NCBI RefSeq assembly: GCF_000253055.1
Contig: NC_016070.1
Location: 420,001 to 452,000, forward strand
Source: Thermoproteus tenax Kra 1
Lineage (GTDB): Archaea; Thermoproteota; Thermoprotei; Thermoproteales; Thermoproteaceae
Direction: 5' to 3'
DNA length: 32,000 bases
A model generated the notes under the pieces. That model searched no databases and was not told where the DNA came from. It saw only the letters and a program-made list of their open reading frames with translations. Position 1 is the first letter of the stretch. Every line of letters starts with the position of its first letter. Of this stretch, positions 1 to 6,922 are shown piece by piece. The translations under genes and the position numbers were made by a program.

Positions 1-263
1 AGGTACCTCTTCAATGTGTCTATATCGAGGTTGCACCCGTTTTTGTTCAACCATCTCAACATCATTGAGAGGATGAGCTGTGCGTTGTGATCCCCCAGGA
101 GCTCCCTCAGAGCTCCGTAGGTCCGCCACGGCTCCTCCAGGAGTATTTTGTCGAAGGGGTACCCGAAGGCGGCGAGGGACTTGTAGTGGATCAGAGCCCT
201 CAGACTGAAGTCCATGGAGGAGTAGAACTTCACGAGGAGCTCTCTGGTGAGACACCCTCCCAT
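1..263 (-). CDS. Hypothetical protein, 5' part only (continues past the left window edge)
   Basis: The minus-strand ATG at 263-261 opens a frame that stays open to position 1 (MGGCLTRELLVKFYSSMDFSLRALIHYKSLAAFGYPFDKILLEEPWRTYGALRELL...). It has GC-rich third codon positions like neighbouring genes. A TATA-like aaatataattaa lies about 25 nt upstream on the minus strand (283-294). It is absent from the ORF track because the frame is truncated. No family recognised. Confidence 0.5.
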   Translation of the reverse strand, partial: MGGCLTRELLVKFYSSMDFSLRALIHYKSLAAFGYPFDKILLEEPWRTYGALRELLGDHNAQLILSMMLRWLNKNGCNLDIDTLKRY

Positions 264-363
264 GTAGGGTAGTTCGTAACTTAATTATATTTCTTACGTT
301 ATATTTTACGGCTGTAACAGAGGATTTCCCGCAAATCGCTGTAAAAGCCCCAGCTAAAATACG

Positions 364-379
364 CCCCCCCCCCCCCCCC
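364..379. repeat. C16 (G16 on the minus strand) homopolymer in a divergent intergenic region
   Basis: Direct count: 16 consecutive C from 364 to 379, between the divergent genes at 1-263(-) and 459-1487(+). Confidence 0.95.
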
Positions 380-458
380 GATAAAGAACAGCTTACGCGT
401 GCGCCTGCCGTAGCAACCTCCGATTATATAGTATATTAATTGGGATGTTGTATTATTC

Positions 459-1487
459 GTGGACTTTGCGCCCTACTTGCTTAAGGGCATGACTTTAGTA
501 TACGGCCCGCCTGGCAGCGGCAAGACCTCCTTCGTTGTCCGCCTAGCTCTGCTTGCGAGGAAGAAAGTCCTCTGGATCTCTACATCGGACAGCGAGGAGT
601 TCTTCAGAGCTGTCCTCAGGAGGTTGAACGCGCCGGAGGAGAAGTTCGAGTTCTACCACTTCCCGCGCGCTCTGCGCGAGAATATAACTAAATATGCGAT
701 GGAGAAAGGCGAGGACTACGGCATGGTCGTTGTGGATCCCTTAAACGGCATTATCTCAAGGGAGGAGGATCCCACCTCCTTCGTCCACACGACGTTGTAT
801 CAATTGTCCATGGATGTGCCCGTCGTTGTAACTCTCGAGGGAGGGCCGGGCAGACTCCCCTATATAGCCGACCACGTGGTGAAGGTCTGGTATAAAGTGA
901 ACTCCGTGGGGCACGTCATAAGATATATACAGCTCACCAAGTCTAGGTCTGCTCCGCCGAGCCCCCGCTATCTGTTCGATATAATCGAGGGGCGCGGTCT
1001 GGCATATGTGAAGCCGGTCGAGAAGGTCCTTGCGCAGAACGAGGAATATAAAGTGGACGAGAGGCTCGGCGTGCCCGTCTTCAAGGGCGCGATGATCGGC
1101 GTCTTCTCCGACGATGAGTCCAAGGTATCCGAGAAGGTGCAGCCCTTCTTGGACGACGAAAAATCCTATCTGTTGGTTATATCGCCATTCAGCATATCCC
1201 GGAGGCTCAGAGTCCCTCCTGAGAGGGCGGTCGTGGCCGCTTCCTTCAACGACCTCATGAGGTTCTACTCCAGAGTGGTGACGGGCGAGGTGGAGCCCAG
1301 ATATTTGGTGGTCACGGGGCTCCTCCCGGTCGAGAAGCTGTCGCCTGGGGAGGCGGCCGACTATATATTGGTGTTGGGCCCCATGTCGGTTAAAGCCGAG
1401 CTGACGTTAGTGGCCGACGTGGCCAACCCGGAGGAGGTCAGAAAAAACTATGTTTATCAAGCTATGAACCAAAATATAGTGGTTTAG
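459..1487 (+). CDS. KaiC/RecA-superfamily ATPase (single KaiC-like domain) with an uncharacterised C-terminal extension of about 140 aa
   Basis: Walker A GPPGSGKTS lies near the N-terminus and a Walker-B-like hydrophobic strand ends in D (GMVVVDPLNG). The overall layout resembles archaeal KaiC/RadA-paralog ATPases. The start is GTG, about 25 nt downstream of the AT-rich gattatatagtatattaatt. Confidence 0.8.
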   Translation: MDFAPYLLKGMTLVYGPPGSGKTSFVVRLALLARKKVLWISTSDSEEFFRAVLRRLNAPEEKFEFYHFPRALRENITKYAMEKGEDYGMVVVDPLNGIISREEDPTSFVHTTLYQLSMDVPVVVTLEGGPGRLPYIADHVVKVWYKVNSVGHVIRYIQLTKSRSAPPSPRYLFDIIEGRGLAYVKPVEKVLAQNEEYKVDERLGVPVFKGAMIGVFSDDESKVSEKVQPFLDDEKSYLLVISPFSISRRLRVPPERAVVAASFNDLMRFYSRVVTGEVEPRYLVVTGLLPVEKLSPGEAADYILVLGPMSVKAELTLVADVANPEEVRKNYVYQAMNQNIVV

Positions 1488-1621
1488 AAGATTCCTCCTC
1501 CAGAGTTGGTGCCAGTGGGGCTGATAACGCCCAAGAGGGCTAGGGCGAGCGCCAGAGCGAATATGCCTCCTTCTACAAACCGCAACACTGTGACTTTCTT
1601 GTTGGCTTGGCCCGCGTTCAT
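1484..1621 (-). CDS. Possible 45-aa small membrane protein (below the ORF-track length cutoff)
   Basis: Manual translation from the minus-strand ATG at 1621: MNAGQANKKVTVLRFVEGGIFALALALALLGVISPTGTNSGGGIF, stop at 1486-1484. It has one hydrophobic helix. The AT-rich promoter-like region lies immediately upstream (1622-1735). Codon usage is plausible but the ORF is short. Confidence 0.3.
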   Translation of the reverse strand: MNAGQANKKVTVLRFVEGGIFALALALALLGVISPTGTNSGGGIF

Positions 1622-1765
1622 ATCATTTCGATAAATCACTATTAAAATTTTGGTAATATCAGTATAGTAATATTATAGTTTATTATTATTTTATTACAAT
1701 ATGTTTATTGATTTCGGATTGTAGATAGAGGGGGCGTGTTTTTAAATATTGGCCGCCGAAGTCCT

Positions 1766-2974
1766 GTGGCCGAGGTGGAGCCCATAAGGGGGTCCCTCAG
1801 CGGTCTGCTCAGAGGAGTCCGCACGGCGCTCGTCGTCACCTCGGGCATCTCCCTCTACAAGTCTGTGGATCTGGCCAGGCTCCTCATCCGACACGGCGCA
1901 GAGGTGCGCGTGGTTATGTCGAGGAAGGCGGCGGAGCTCGTCAGCCCAGAGCTCTTCAGATGGGCCACGGGCGTCAGGCCTGTGGCCAAACTGACGGGGA
2001 GGGCGGAGCACGTGTCCATCTGTGCATCCTCCCAGCTTCTGGTGGTCGCCCCAGCGACGGCGAACACAGTGGCCAAGGCCTCGTTGGGCATAGCCGACGA
2101 CGTCGCGACCACCTGTATCCACGCCGCGCTTGGGGCGGGGGCCAGGGCTGTGTTCGTGCCCACTATGAATTTGTCCATGTGGAGAAACCCGGCGTTTCAA
2201 GAGGCGCTCGACAGGCTGAAGTCGTGGGGGGCCCTCGTCGTAGAGCCGAAGTTCGAAGAGGGCAAGGCCAAGTACCCCGACGTTGAGGAAGTGGCGGAGG
2301 CGGCCATAGACGCGACGGCGCCGAGGGATATGCGGGGCCTCAAAGTATTGGTGACCGCCGGCCCCACCCACGAGCACTTAGACGATGTAAAGTATATATC
2401 TACGCCGAGCTCAGGCCTCACGGGTGTATACTTTGCACGCGAGGCGGCGGCCAGAGGGGCCGAGGTGACCCTTGTGGCGGGCCCAGGCGTTAGAGCGCCC
2501 CCGGGGGTGAGGGCGGTTCCCGCAGTCTCTGTGTTGGACATGCATAAGGCCGTCCTCGAGCTGGCGCCCCACCAAGACCTCATGGTCTTCGCGGCGGCTC
2601 CCCTCGACTTCTACGTCGAGGGGAGGATCTCGGGCAAGATCGACAGCTCCCTCCCCTTCTACACCGTGAGGCTGATCAGAGCGCCGAAGATGGCCTCTGA
2701 GGCCAGGAGGCTCAACCCGAGGGCCGTCATCGTAGGCTTCAAGGCCGAGCACGGCGCCTCTGAAGAGGAGCTCTTGCGCAAGGCCGAGGCCAGAATGAAA
2801 GAGGGCGGCTGGGACTTGGCGTTGGCCCACGACGTCTCCAGAATGGGCTTCGGCACGCTCAAGGACAAATACATAGTGTTATATAGAGACGGGAGGAGGG
2901 AGGCCTTGGGTCCCGCCCACAAGAGGGAGCTGGCCAGAGAGGTGTTGACAAGAGCGCTCTCCCTAAGGAGATGA
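1766..2974 (+). CDS. coaBC: Bifunctional phosphopantothenoylcysteine decarboxylase / phosphopantothenate-cysteine ligase (CoaBC, Dfp)
   Basis: The N-terminal flavoprotein domain (LVVTSGISLYKSVDLARLLIRHGAEVRVVMS, PATANTVAK) is followed by a CoaB domain (KVLVTAGPTHEHLDDVKYISTPSSGLTG). The longest ORF starts at GTG 1736, but that codon lies inside the TATA-like tttttaaatatt (1738-1749). GTG 1766 or 1775 is therefore more likely the real, near-leaderless start. Confidence 0.9.
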   Translation: MAEVEPIRGSLSGLLRGVRTALVVTSGISLYKSVDLARLLIRHGAEVRVVMSRKAAELVSPELFRWATGVRPVAKLTGRAEHVSICASSQLLVVAPATANTVAKASLGIADDVATTCIHAALGAGARAVFVPTMNLSMWRNPAFQEALDRLKSWGALVVEPKFEEGKAKYPDVEEVAEAAIDATAPRDMRGLKVLVTAGPTHEHLDDVKYISTPSSGLTGVYFAREAAARGAEVTLVAGPGVRAPPGVRAVPAVSVLDMHKAVLELAPHQDLMVFAAAPLDFYVEGRISGKIDSSLPFYTVRLIRAPKMASEARRLNPRAVIVGFKAEHGASEEELLRKAEARMKEGGWDLALAHDVSRMGFGTLKDKYIVLYRDGRREALGPAHKRELAREVLTRALSLRR

Positions 2975-3159
2975 AGTACGCCGCGGTGGTCTGCCCCAAG
3001 TGCGGCATGGCCAGCGCAACGCGCCTAGACGCCAAGAGGCACGTCTGCCCCTACTGCGGCCGCCTAATAGACCTTGACAGAGCGCCTATAATCTACTCGG
3101 GCTCCGCCCGGGAGGTGAGAAAAGCTGTAGCTGAGTACAACTCTAGACGGCCTCGATAA
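2971..3159 (+). CDS. Small zinc-ribbon protein (CxxC...CxxC; DUF1922-like)
   Basis: The 62-aa sequence is MKYAAVVCPKCGMASATRLDAKRHVCPYCGRLIDL..., with two CxxC pairs. Its ATG overlaps the coaBC stop (ATGA), suggesting translational coupling. Confidence 0.7.
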   Translation: MKYAAVVCPKCGMASATRLDAKRHVCPYCGRLIDLDRAPIIYSGSAREVRKAVAEYNSRRPR

Positions 3160-5365
3160 AGTCGGTGGGCTTTGGTATCTCCTCCTTAAGCCCCTTCCTC
3201 TTCCTTATCTGTTTAACCAAGTCCTGCAACATGGAGTCAGGCACTGAGGCCCAGCGCGAGAACTGCATGGACCAGAATATCTTGCCCGTGGCCGCCGCCC
3301 TCAGCTCGTCGCTGATTGTGAAAGACTCCAACACGGGGAGCTCGGCCCTTATCATGGCCATATACTCCTCTTGAGTCATATCCAAGATCTTTCCTCTGTG
3401 TTTGTTCAACACGCCGGTGACGGCGCCTATATAGTCTGGGTGCACCTTTATGTCCAACTTGAGGAGCGGCTCCAAGAGTGTGGGCTTGGCCGAGAGGAAG
3501 GCGGCGAACATGGCGTTCTTCGTGGCTGGCATTATCTGCGCGGGGCCGCGGTGGGCCGGATCCTCGTGAACCACTGCGTCGGTCAACACGACCTTCAGTC
3601 CCCTTATGGGCTCTTGGGCCAGCGGCCCGGCCTCAGTGGCCCATCGGAACCCCTGCACTATGTAGTCTCTTATCTCGCGGAGGTACTGAATGCCGGAGGT
3701 TTTGTCCACCAGGACGTTGAAGTAGCGGTCGTCTATGGCCCAGATGCCCCTCGCCTCGTCTGTGTCCCAACCGGCCTTCTCCCTCAACAGCTTTGCCCTC
3801 TCCCTCGGGTCCATCTCCTCCGTTATCTCCCTTGTGGCTATCATCTCTATTGTGGTCTCGTCGAGCGGCTCCACGTAGAAGTAGAGGCGGTTGTGTTTGT
3901 TGGGCGATTTGCCCTCAAACACCTCGGACCTAGCTCTGACAGCCTCGCGGAACCTTATCAACGGCTGCGACACTGTGAAGTCGAGCTTTGTCCTCTCCTT
4001 CAACAGCCACGCCGCGATCTCAAGGTGTAGAGTGCCCACGCCGGAGAGCAGTATCTGGCCCGTCTCTTGGTCTATCTTGAGGTCGAGCGTCGGGTCCTCT
4101 ATGACCAGCTCCTTGAGCGCCTCCACGAGCTTGGCCAAGTCCGCCGGGTTCTTGGGCTCTATGGCCACGGTGACCACGGGCTCCGAGATATACTTCATCC
4201 TCTCGAAGGGCGGTATCCCGCTGTAGTTCGCCGCAACGATAGTGTCGCCGGCTCTGGCGTCGTCGGTGCCCAGAAGGGCCACTATATTTCCGGCCGGCAT
4301 ATAGGGCACGACGATGCGCGAGGGGCCCATGTAGATATAGGTCTGTAGCACCTTCCTCTTGCTTTTGGCCCCTATGATGTAGACCTCGTCGCCCTCTCTG
4401 ATAGTGCCCGAGAAGATCCTCCCGGTGGTGATGAGGCCGGCGTGTGGGTCGACGTTGACCTTGCTCACGGCTATGACGGCGGGCCCGTTGGGGTCGGCCG
4501 ACAAGAGGGCCTTGCCAACATCGCTGTTGAGGTCGCCTCTCCACAGCCTCGGGATGCGGTACTTCTGGGCCACGTTGGGCGGCGGGATGTGCTCGATTAT
4601 CATGGACAAGAGGGTCTTGTAGAGCGGGAAGTCGGCGGCCAACTTGTCCACATAGCCCTTCTCGTAGGCGTCAACTATGTTGCTGAACTTGAGGCCGGCC
4701 TTCTGGGCCATGGGTATAGTTATGCCCCACTTATGGAGGGCGGAGCCGAGGGCCACTTGCCCTTTGGCTGGATCGACCTTCCAAGAGTCTTTGAACTCCG
4801 GCGGCCCGAACATATCGATCAAGGCGTTGAACTCCTTGACTATTGTGAGGATGCGCTGCATGATCTCCTGCGGAGAGAGGCGCAGCTCCTTGATGAGGCG
4901 ATCTATCTTGTTGATGAAGAGGACCGGCCTGACGTACTCCTCCAGAGCCTGCCTCACCACAGTCTCAGTCTGAGTCATCACGCCCTCGACTGCGTCGACG
5001 ACCACTAGGCCGCCGTCCATTACCCTCAACGAGCGCGTCACATGGCCCGTGAAGTCGACGTGGCCCGGCGTATCGACGAAGTTTATCAGATACGGCTTGC
5101 CCTGGTGTTCGAAGTAGAGCGATATGTTGGCGGCCTTGACGGTCATCTGCCTCAGCTGCTCTATCTCGACGTAGTCCATCGCGAGCGCCTTGCCGGCGAC
5201 TTTGGGGGATAGGAGGCCTGCCCCCATGAGGAGTGAGTCTGAGGTGGTCGTCTTGCCGTGGTCTACGTGGGCAAGTGTGCCTGCGTTTCGTATCTGGGCG
5301 GGGTTCTTGGCTATGGCCAATATCTCATCCAACTGCTTCTCCACTATTCTGACGACGCTCGACAT
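3143..5365 (-). CDS. fusA: Translation elongation factor 2 (aEF-2)
   Basis: GTPase G1 AHVDHGKTTTSDSLL and DTPGHVDF are present, as is the diphthamide-site motif HEDPAHRGPAQ. At about 740 aa the length is typical of aEF-2. The track ORF extends to 5407, but the conserved N-terminus begins at MSSVVRIVEKQLDEI (ATG 5365). Confidence 0.97.
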   Translation of the reverse strand: MSSVVRIVEKQLDEILAIAKNPAQIRNAGTLAHVDHGKTTTSDSLLMGAGLLSPKVAGKALAMDYVEIEQLRQMTVKAANISLYFEHQGKPYLINFVDTPGHVDFTGHVTRSLRVMDGGLVVVDAVEGVMTQTETVVRQALEEYVRPVLFINKIDRLIKELRLSPQEIMQRILTIVKEFNALIDMFGPPEFKDSWKVDPAKGQVALGSALHKWGITIPMAQKAGLKFSNIVDAYEKGYVDKLAADFPLYKTLLSMIIEHIPPPNVAQKYRIPRLWRGDLNSDVGKALLSADPNGPAVIAVSKVNVDPHAGLITTGRIFSGTIREGDEVYIIGAKSKRKVLQTYIYMGPSRIVVPYMPAGNIVALLGTDDARAGDTIVAANYSGIPPFERMKYISEPVVTVAIEPKNPADLAKLVEALKELVIEDPTLDLKIDQETGQILLSGVGTLHLEIAAWLLKERTKLDFTVSQPLIRFREAVRARSEVFEGKSPNKHNRLYFYVEPLDETTIEMIATREITEEMDPRERAKLLREKAGWDTDEARGIWAIDDRYFNVLVDKTSGIQYLREIRDYIVQGFRWATEAGPLAQEPIRGLKVVLTDAVVHEDPAHRGPAQIMPATKNAMFAAFLSAKPTLLEPLLKLDIKVHPDYIGAVTGVLNKHRGKILDMTQEEYMAMIRAELPVLESFTISDELRAAATGKIFWSMQFSRWASVPDSMLQDLVKQIRKRKGLKEEIPKPTDFIEAV

Positions 5366-5445
5366 GCCCCTCCTTTGTGTGGAGGGTATAAATGTGTTTA
5401 CGAACATCGAAGCGTAAAGGAGGGGCTACTGTCATTATTTATATT

Positions 5446-6516
5446 ATGAATAATGTAGCTATTATGTTCTCGAAAAACCCGGTGGAGATAGTCCGAGATA
5501 AGAAGCTGAGCTCCGCCGAGGTGGCGGACGCTCTCAGGCTGGCTATGGCGGCCGAGATAGACGCAATAAACCTATATCTACAATTGGCGAGACTTATAGA
5601 TGACGAGAAGATAAGAGGAGTGTTCGAGGACGTGGCGAGGGAGGAGAAGACCCACTTGGGCGAGTTCTTGGAGGCTCTAAAACGGCTCGACCCTACGCAG
5701 GCCGAGGAGCTCGAGGCGGGCGCCCGAGAAGTGGCCCAACAGGCGGGAGAGGGGAGCAGAGATCCTCCCCAAGGCCCCTCGGCTTTGTCTGAGGAGGACA
5801 TAAGGCTCATAACGGAGAGGGTTAGGCAGAGGGCCGCATCCCTCAGAAAGCTCAGGCGCGTGTTCTCCATATTCTCAGCAGGCCCCGAGGCGGACGTCGT
5901 GCCGCTTGAGGAGACAGCACCGGGAGACGTCTTTACAGCAAAAAGGCGCCAGATACCTCTTACTGAGATCTCGGTCAAGTTCTCAATATCGCAGAGACAG
6001 ATAGATTATTCCAGGAGACAGGGCCAGCCCCTATACTCTGCGACAGCCGACGCGGCCGTCCTCAAGCTCGTTGAGCTTGAGGAATCGCATCTGTTGAACT
6101 CGCTGACGTCCGACGATAGGATAGGCAGAATGGCTCTGTCGCAATGGAGCTCGCCGGGCGAGGCGTTGGGCGATGTAGCTAAGGCGGCGGCTCAGTTGAT
6201 CAAAGGCTACATCCCGGAGCCCTACGTCCTCCTAGTGGGCCCCGAAAGATACGCCAAACTCTTGACAATATCCGAGAGAGCTGGCTTGACAGAGTTGGAG
6301 CGAGTTAAGGGCATAGTGAGGGAGGTCGTCGTGTTGCCTCAACTGAGGGAGGAGGCCGTGGTCGCATCGGCGGATCCCTCGGTCGTGGACGTGGCCGTTG
6401 GAGCCGACACGTCGCTCTCCTTCCTTGGGCCCAGCGATGGGGAGCACCTCTTCAGGCTCTGGGAGACAATCGCCCTCAGAATAAAGAATCCTCAGGGGGT
6501 CGTCCTACTGAAATAG
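5446..6516 (+). CDS. Ferritin-like protein (Flp) fused to a family-1 encapsulin shell protein (Linocin M18-like)
   Basis: The N-terminal roughly 100 aa form a four-helix ferritin/rubrerythrin-like segment with an ExxH motif (AAEIDAINLY..., REEKTHLGEF). The C-terminal roughly 250 aa align by eye to Thermotoga encapsulin: IPLTEISVKFSISQRQID vs LPLIELRATFTLDLWELD, EPYVLLVGPERYAKLL vs GPYTLVINTDRWINFL, and the C-terminus LRIKNPQGVVLLK vs FQVVNPEALILLKF. The start is ATG 5446 or ATG 5464; the track start at 5392 is probably too far upstream. Confidence 0.85.
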   Translation: MNNVAIMFSKNPVEIVRDKKLSSAEVADALRLAMAAEIDAINLYLQLARLIDDEKIRGVFEDVAREEKTHLGEFLEALKRLDPTQAEELEAGAREVAQQAGEGSRDPPQGPSALSEEDIRLITERVRQRAASLRKLRRVFSIFSAGPEADVVPLEETAPGDVFTAKRRQIPLTEISVKFSISQRQIDYSRRQGQPLYSATADAAVLKLVELEESHLLNSLTSDDRIGRMALSQWSSPGEALGDVAKAAAQLIKGYIPEPYVLLVGPERYAKLLTISERAGLTELERVKGIVREVVVLPQLREEAVVASADPSVVDVAVGADTSLSFLGPSDGEHLFRLWETIALRIKNPQGVVLLK

Positions 6517-6578
6517 ATCTAGTTTTTATCGCCGTTCTTGAACCTGGGTCTTATGGACGGACGGCCTCCGACAGATAA

Positions 6579-6886
6579 GGGGAGTTATTGGCGCGATACT
6601 GTTGGCCGTCCCACGGCGTCTCCGGCCCTCTCAGAGGGCTCACGCTCTGCCCCCGCCAGATGCCCGGACGGGCAAGGCAGAGGGGCCGGCCGATTCGGAT
6701 GCGCCCTCCGCCGCTCGGGCGCGGCCGGCCCACTCAGCCTTAAATAGTGGGCTGAGGCCGACCCCCAGCAGAGCCGGGGACGGCGGTGTACATCGCACTG
6801 ATAGCTTCAGCGCAAATCCCCAGGCGGTCTTCGCGGGCACCACCACGGCGAGGGCTCTAGGCCGCTGACGGCGCCGCCTCTCCCCG
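6579..6886 (+). ncRNA. Signal recognition particle (7S/SRP) RNA candidate; boundaries and topology uncertain
   Basis: This roughly 310-nt, very GC-rich gap has no credible ORF; the track ORFs here are Arg/Pro/Gly-rich shadows on both strands. In plus sense, 6651-6685 reads CCCC-GC-C-AGA-UGCCC-GGAC-GGGCA-AGGCA-G-A-GGGG, which matches the SRP helix-8 layout: a short apical stem, a purine-rich symmetric loop, and an asymmetric loop with a single 3' A. The termini pair (GGGGAG 6579-6584 with CUCCCC 6880-6885; GGCGC 6590-6594 with GCGCC 6871-6875). Hairpins lie at 6625-6639 and 6733-6756. A T6 run (6905-6910) follows. Confidence 0.55.
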
Positions 6887-6904
6887 CCGTAAAGGATATA
6901 TAGA

Positions 6905-6910
6905 TTTTTT
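6905..6910 (+). terminator. Oligo-T (T6) tract downstream of the SRP RNA candidate
   Basis: tagatttttt was seen directly. Archaeal RNA polymerase terminates at oligo-T runs. The tract also sits inside the AT-rich thrB promoter region, so the assignment is tentative. Confidence 0.3.
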
Positions 6911-6922
6911 AACTCCCCGCCA

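Noticed and set aside
87-272. 61-aa plus-strand track ORF at the left edge
   Set aside because: It lies antisense to a better minus-strand frame (263 to the window edge) that has a start codon, an upstream TATA-like box and protein-like composition. The plus ORF looks like a GC-rich shadow.
1742-2922. Several minus- and alternate-frame ORFs (for example 1742-2377, 2197-2583, 2411-2830) overlapping coaBC
   Set aside because: They have the Arg/Pro/Gly/Ser-rich low-complexity translations typical of off-frame reading of GC-rich coding DNA. The CoaBC frame carries clear family motifs.
4373-4400. AUGAUGU ... CUGA pair on the plus strand inside the EF-2 gene (antisense)
   Set aside because: The box spacing is wrong (about 16 nt) and there is no second box pair. 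It lies within a highly conserved CDS, so it is probably coincidental.
3165-5449. Plus-strand ORFs (for example 3371-4030, 4442-5008) and the minus alternate frame 4020-4544 inside the EF-2 gene
   Set aside because: These are shadow ORFs. EF-2 motifs unambiguously define the real frame.
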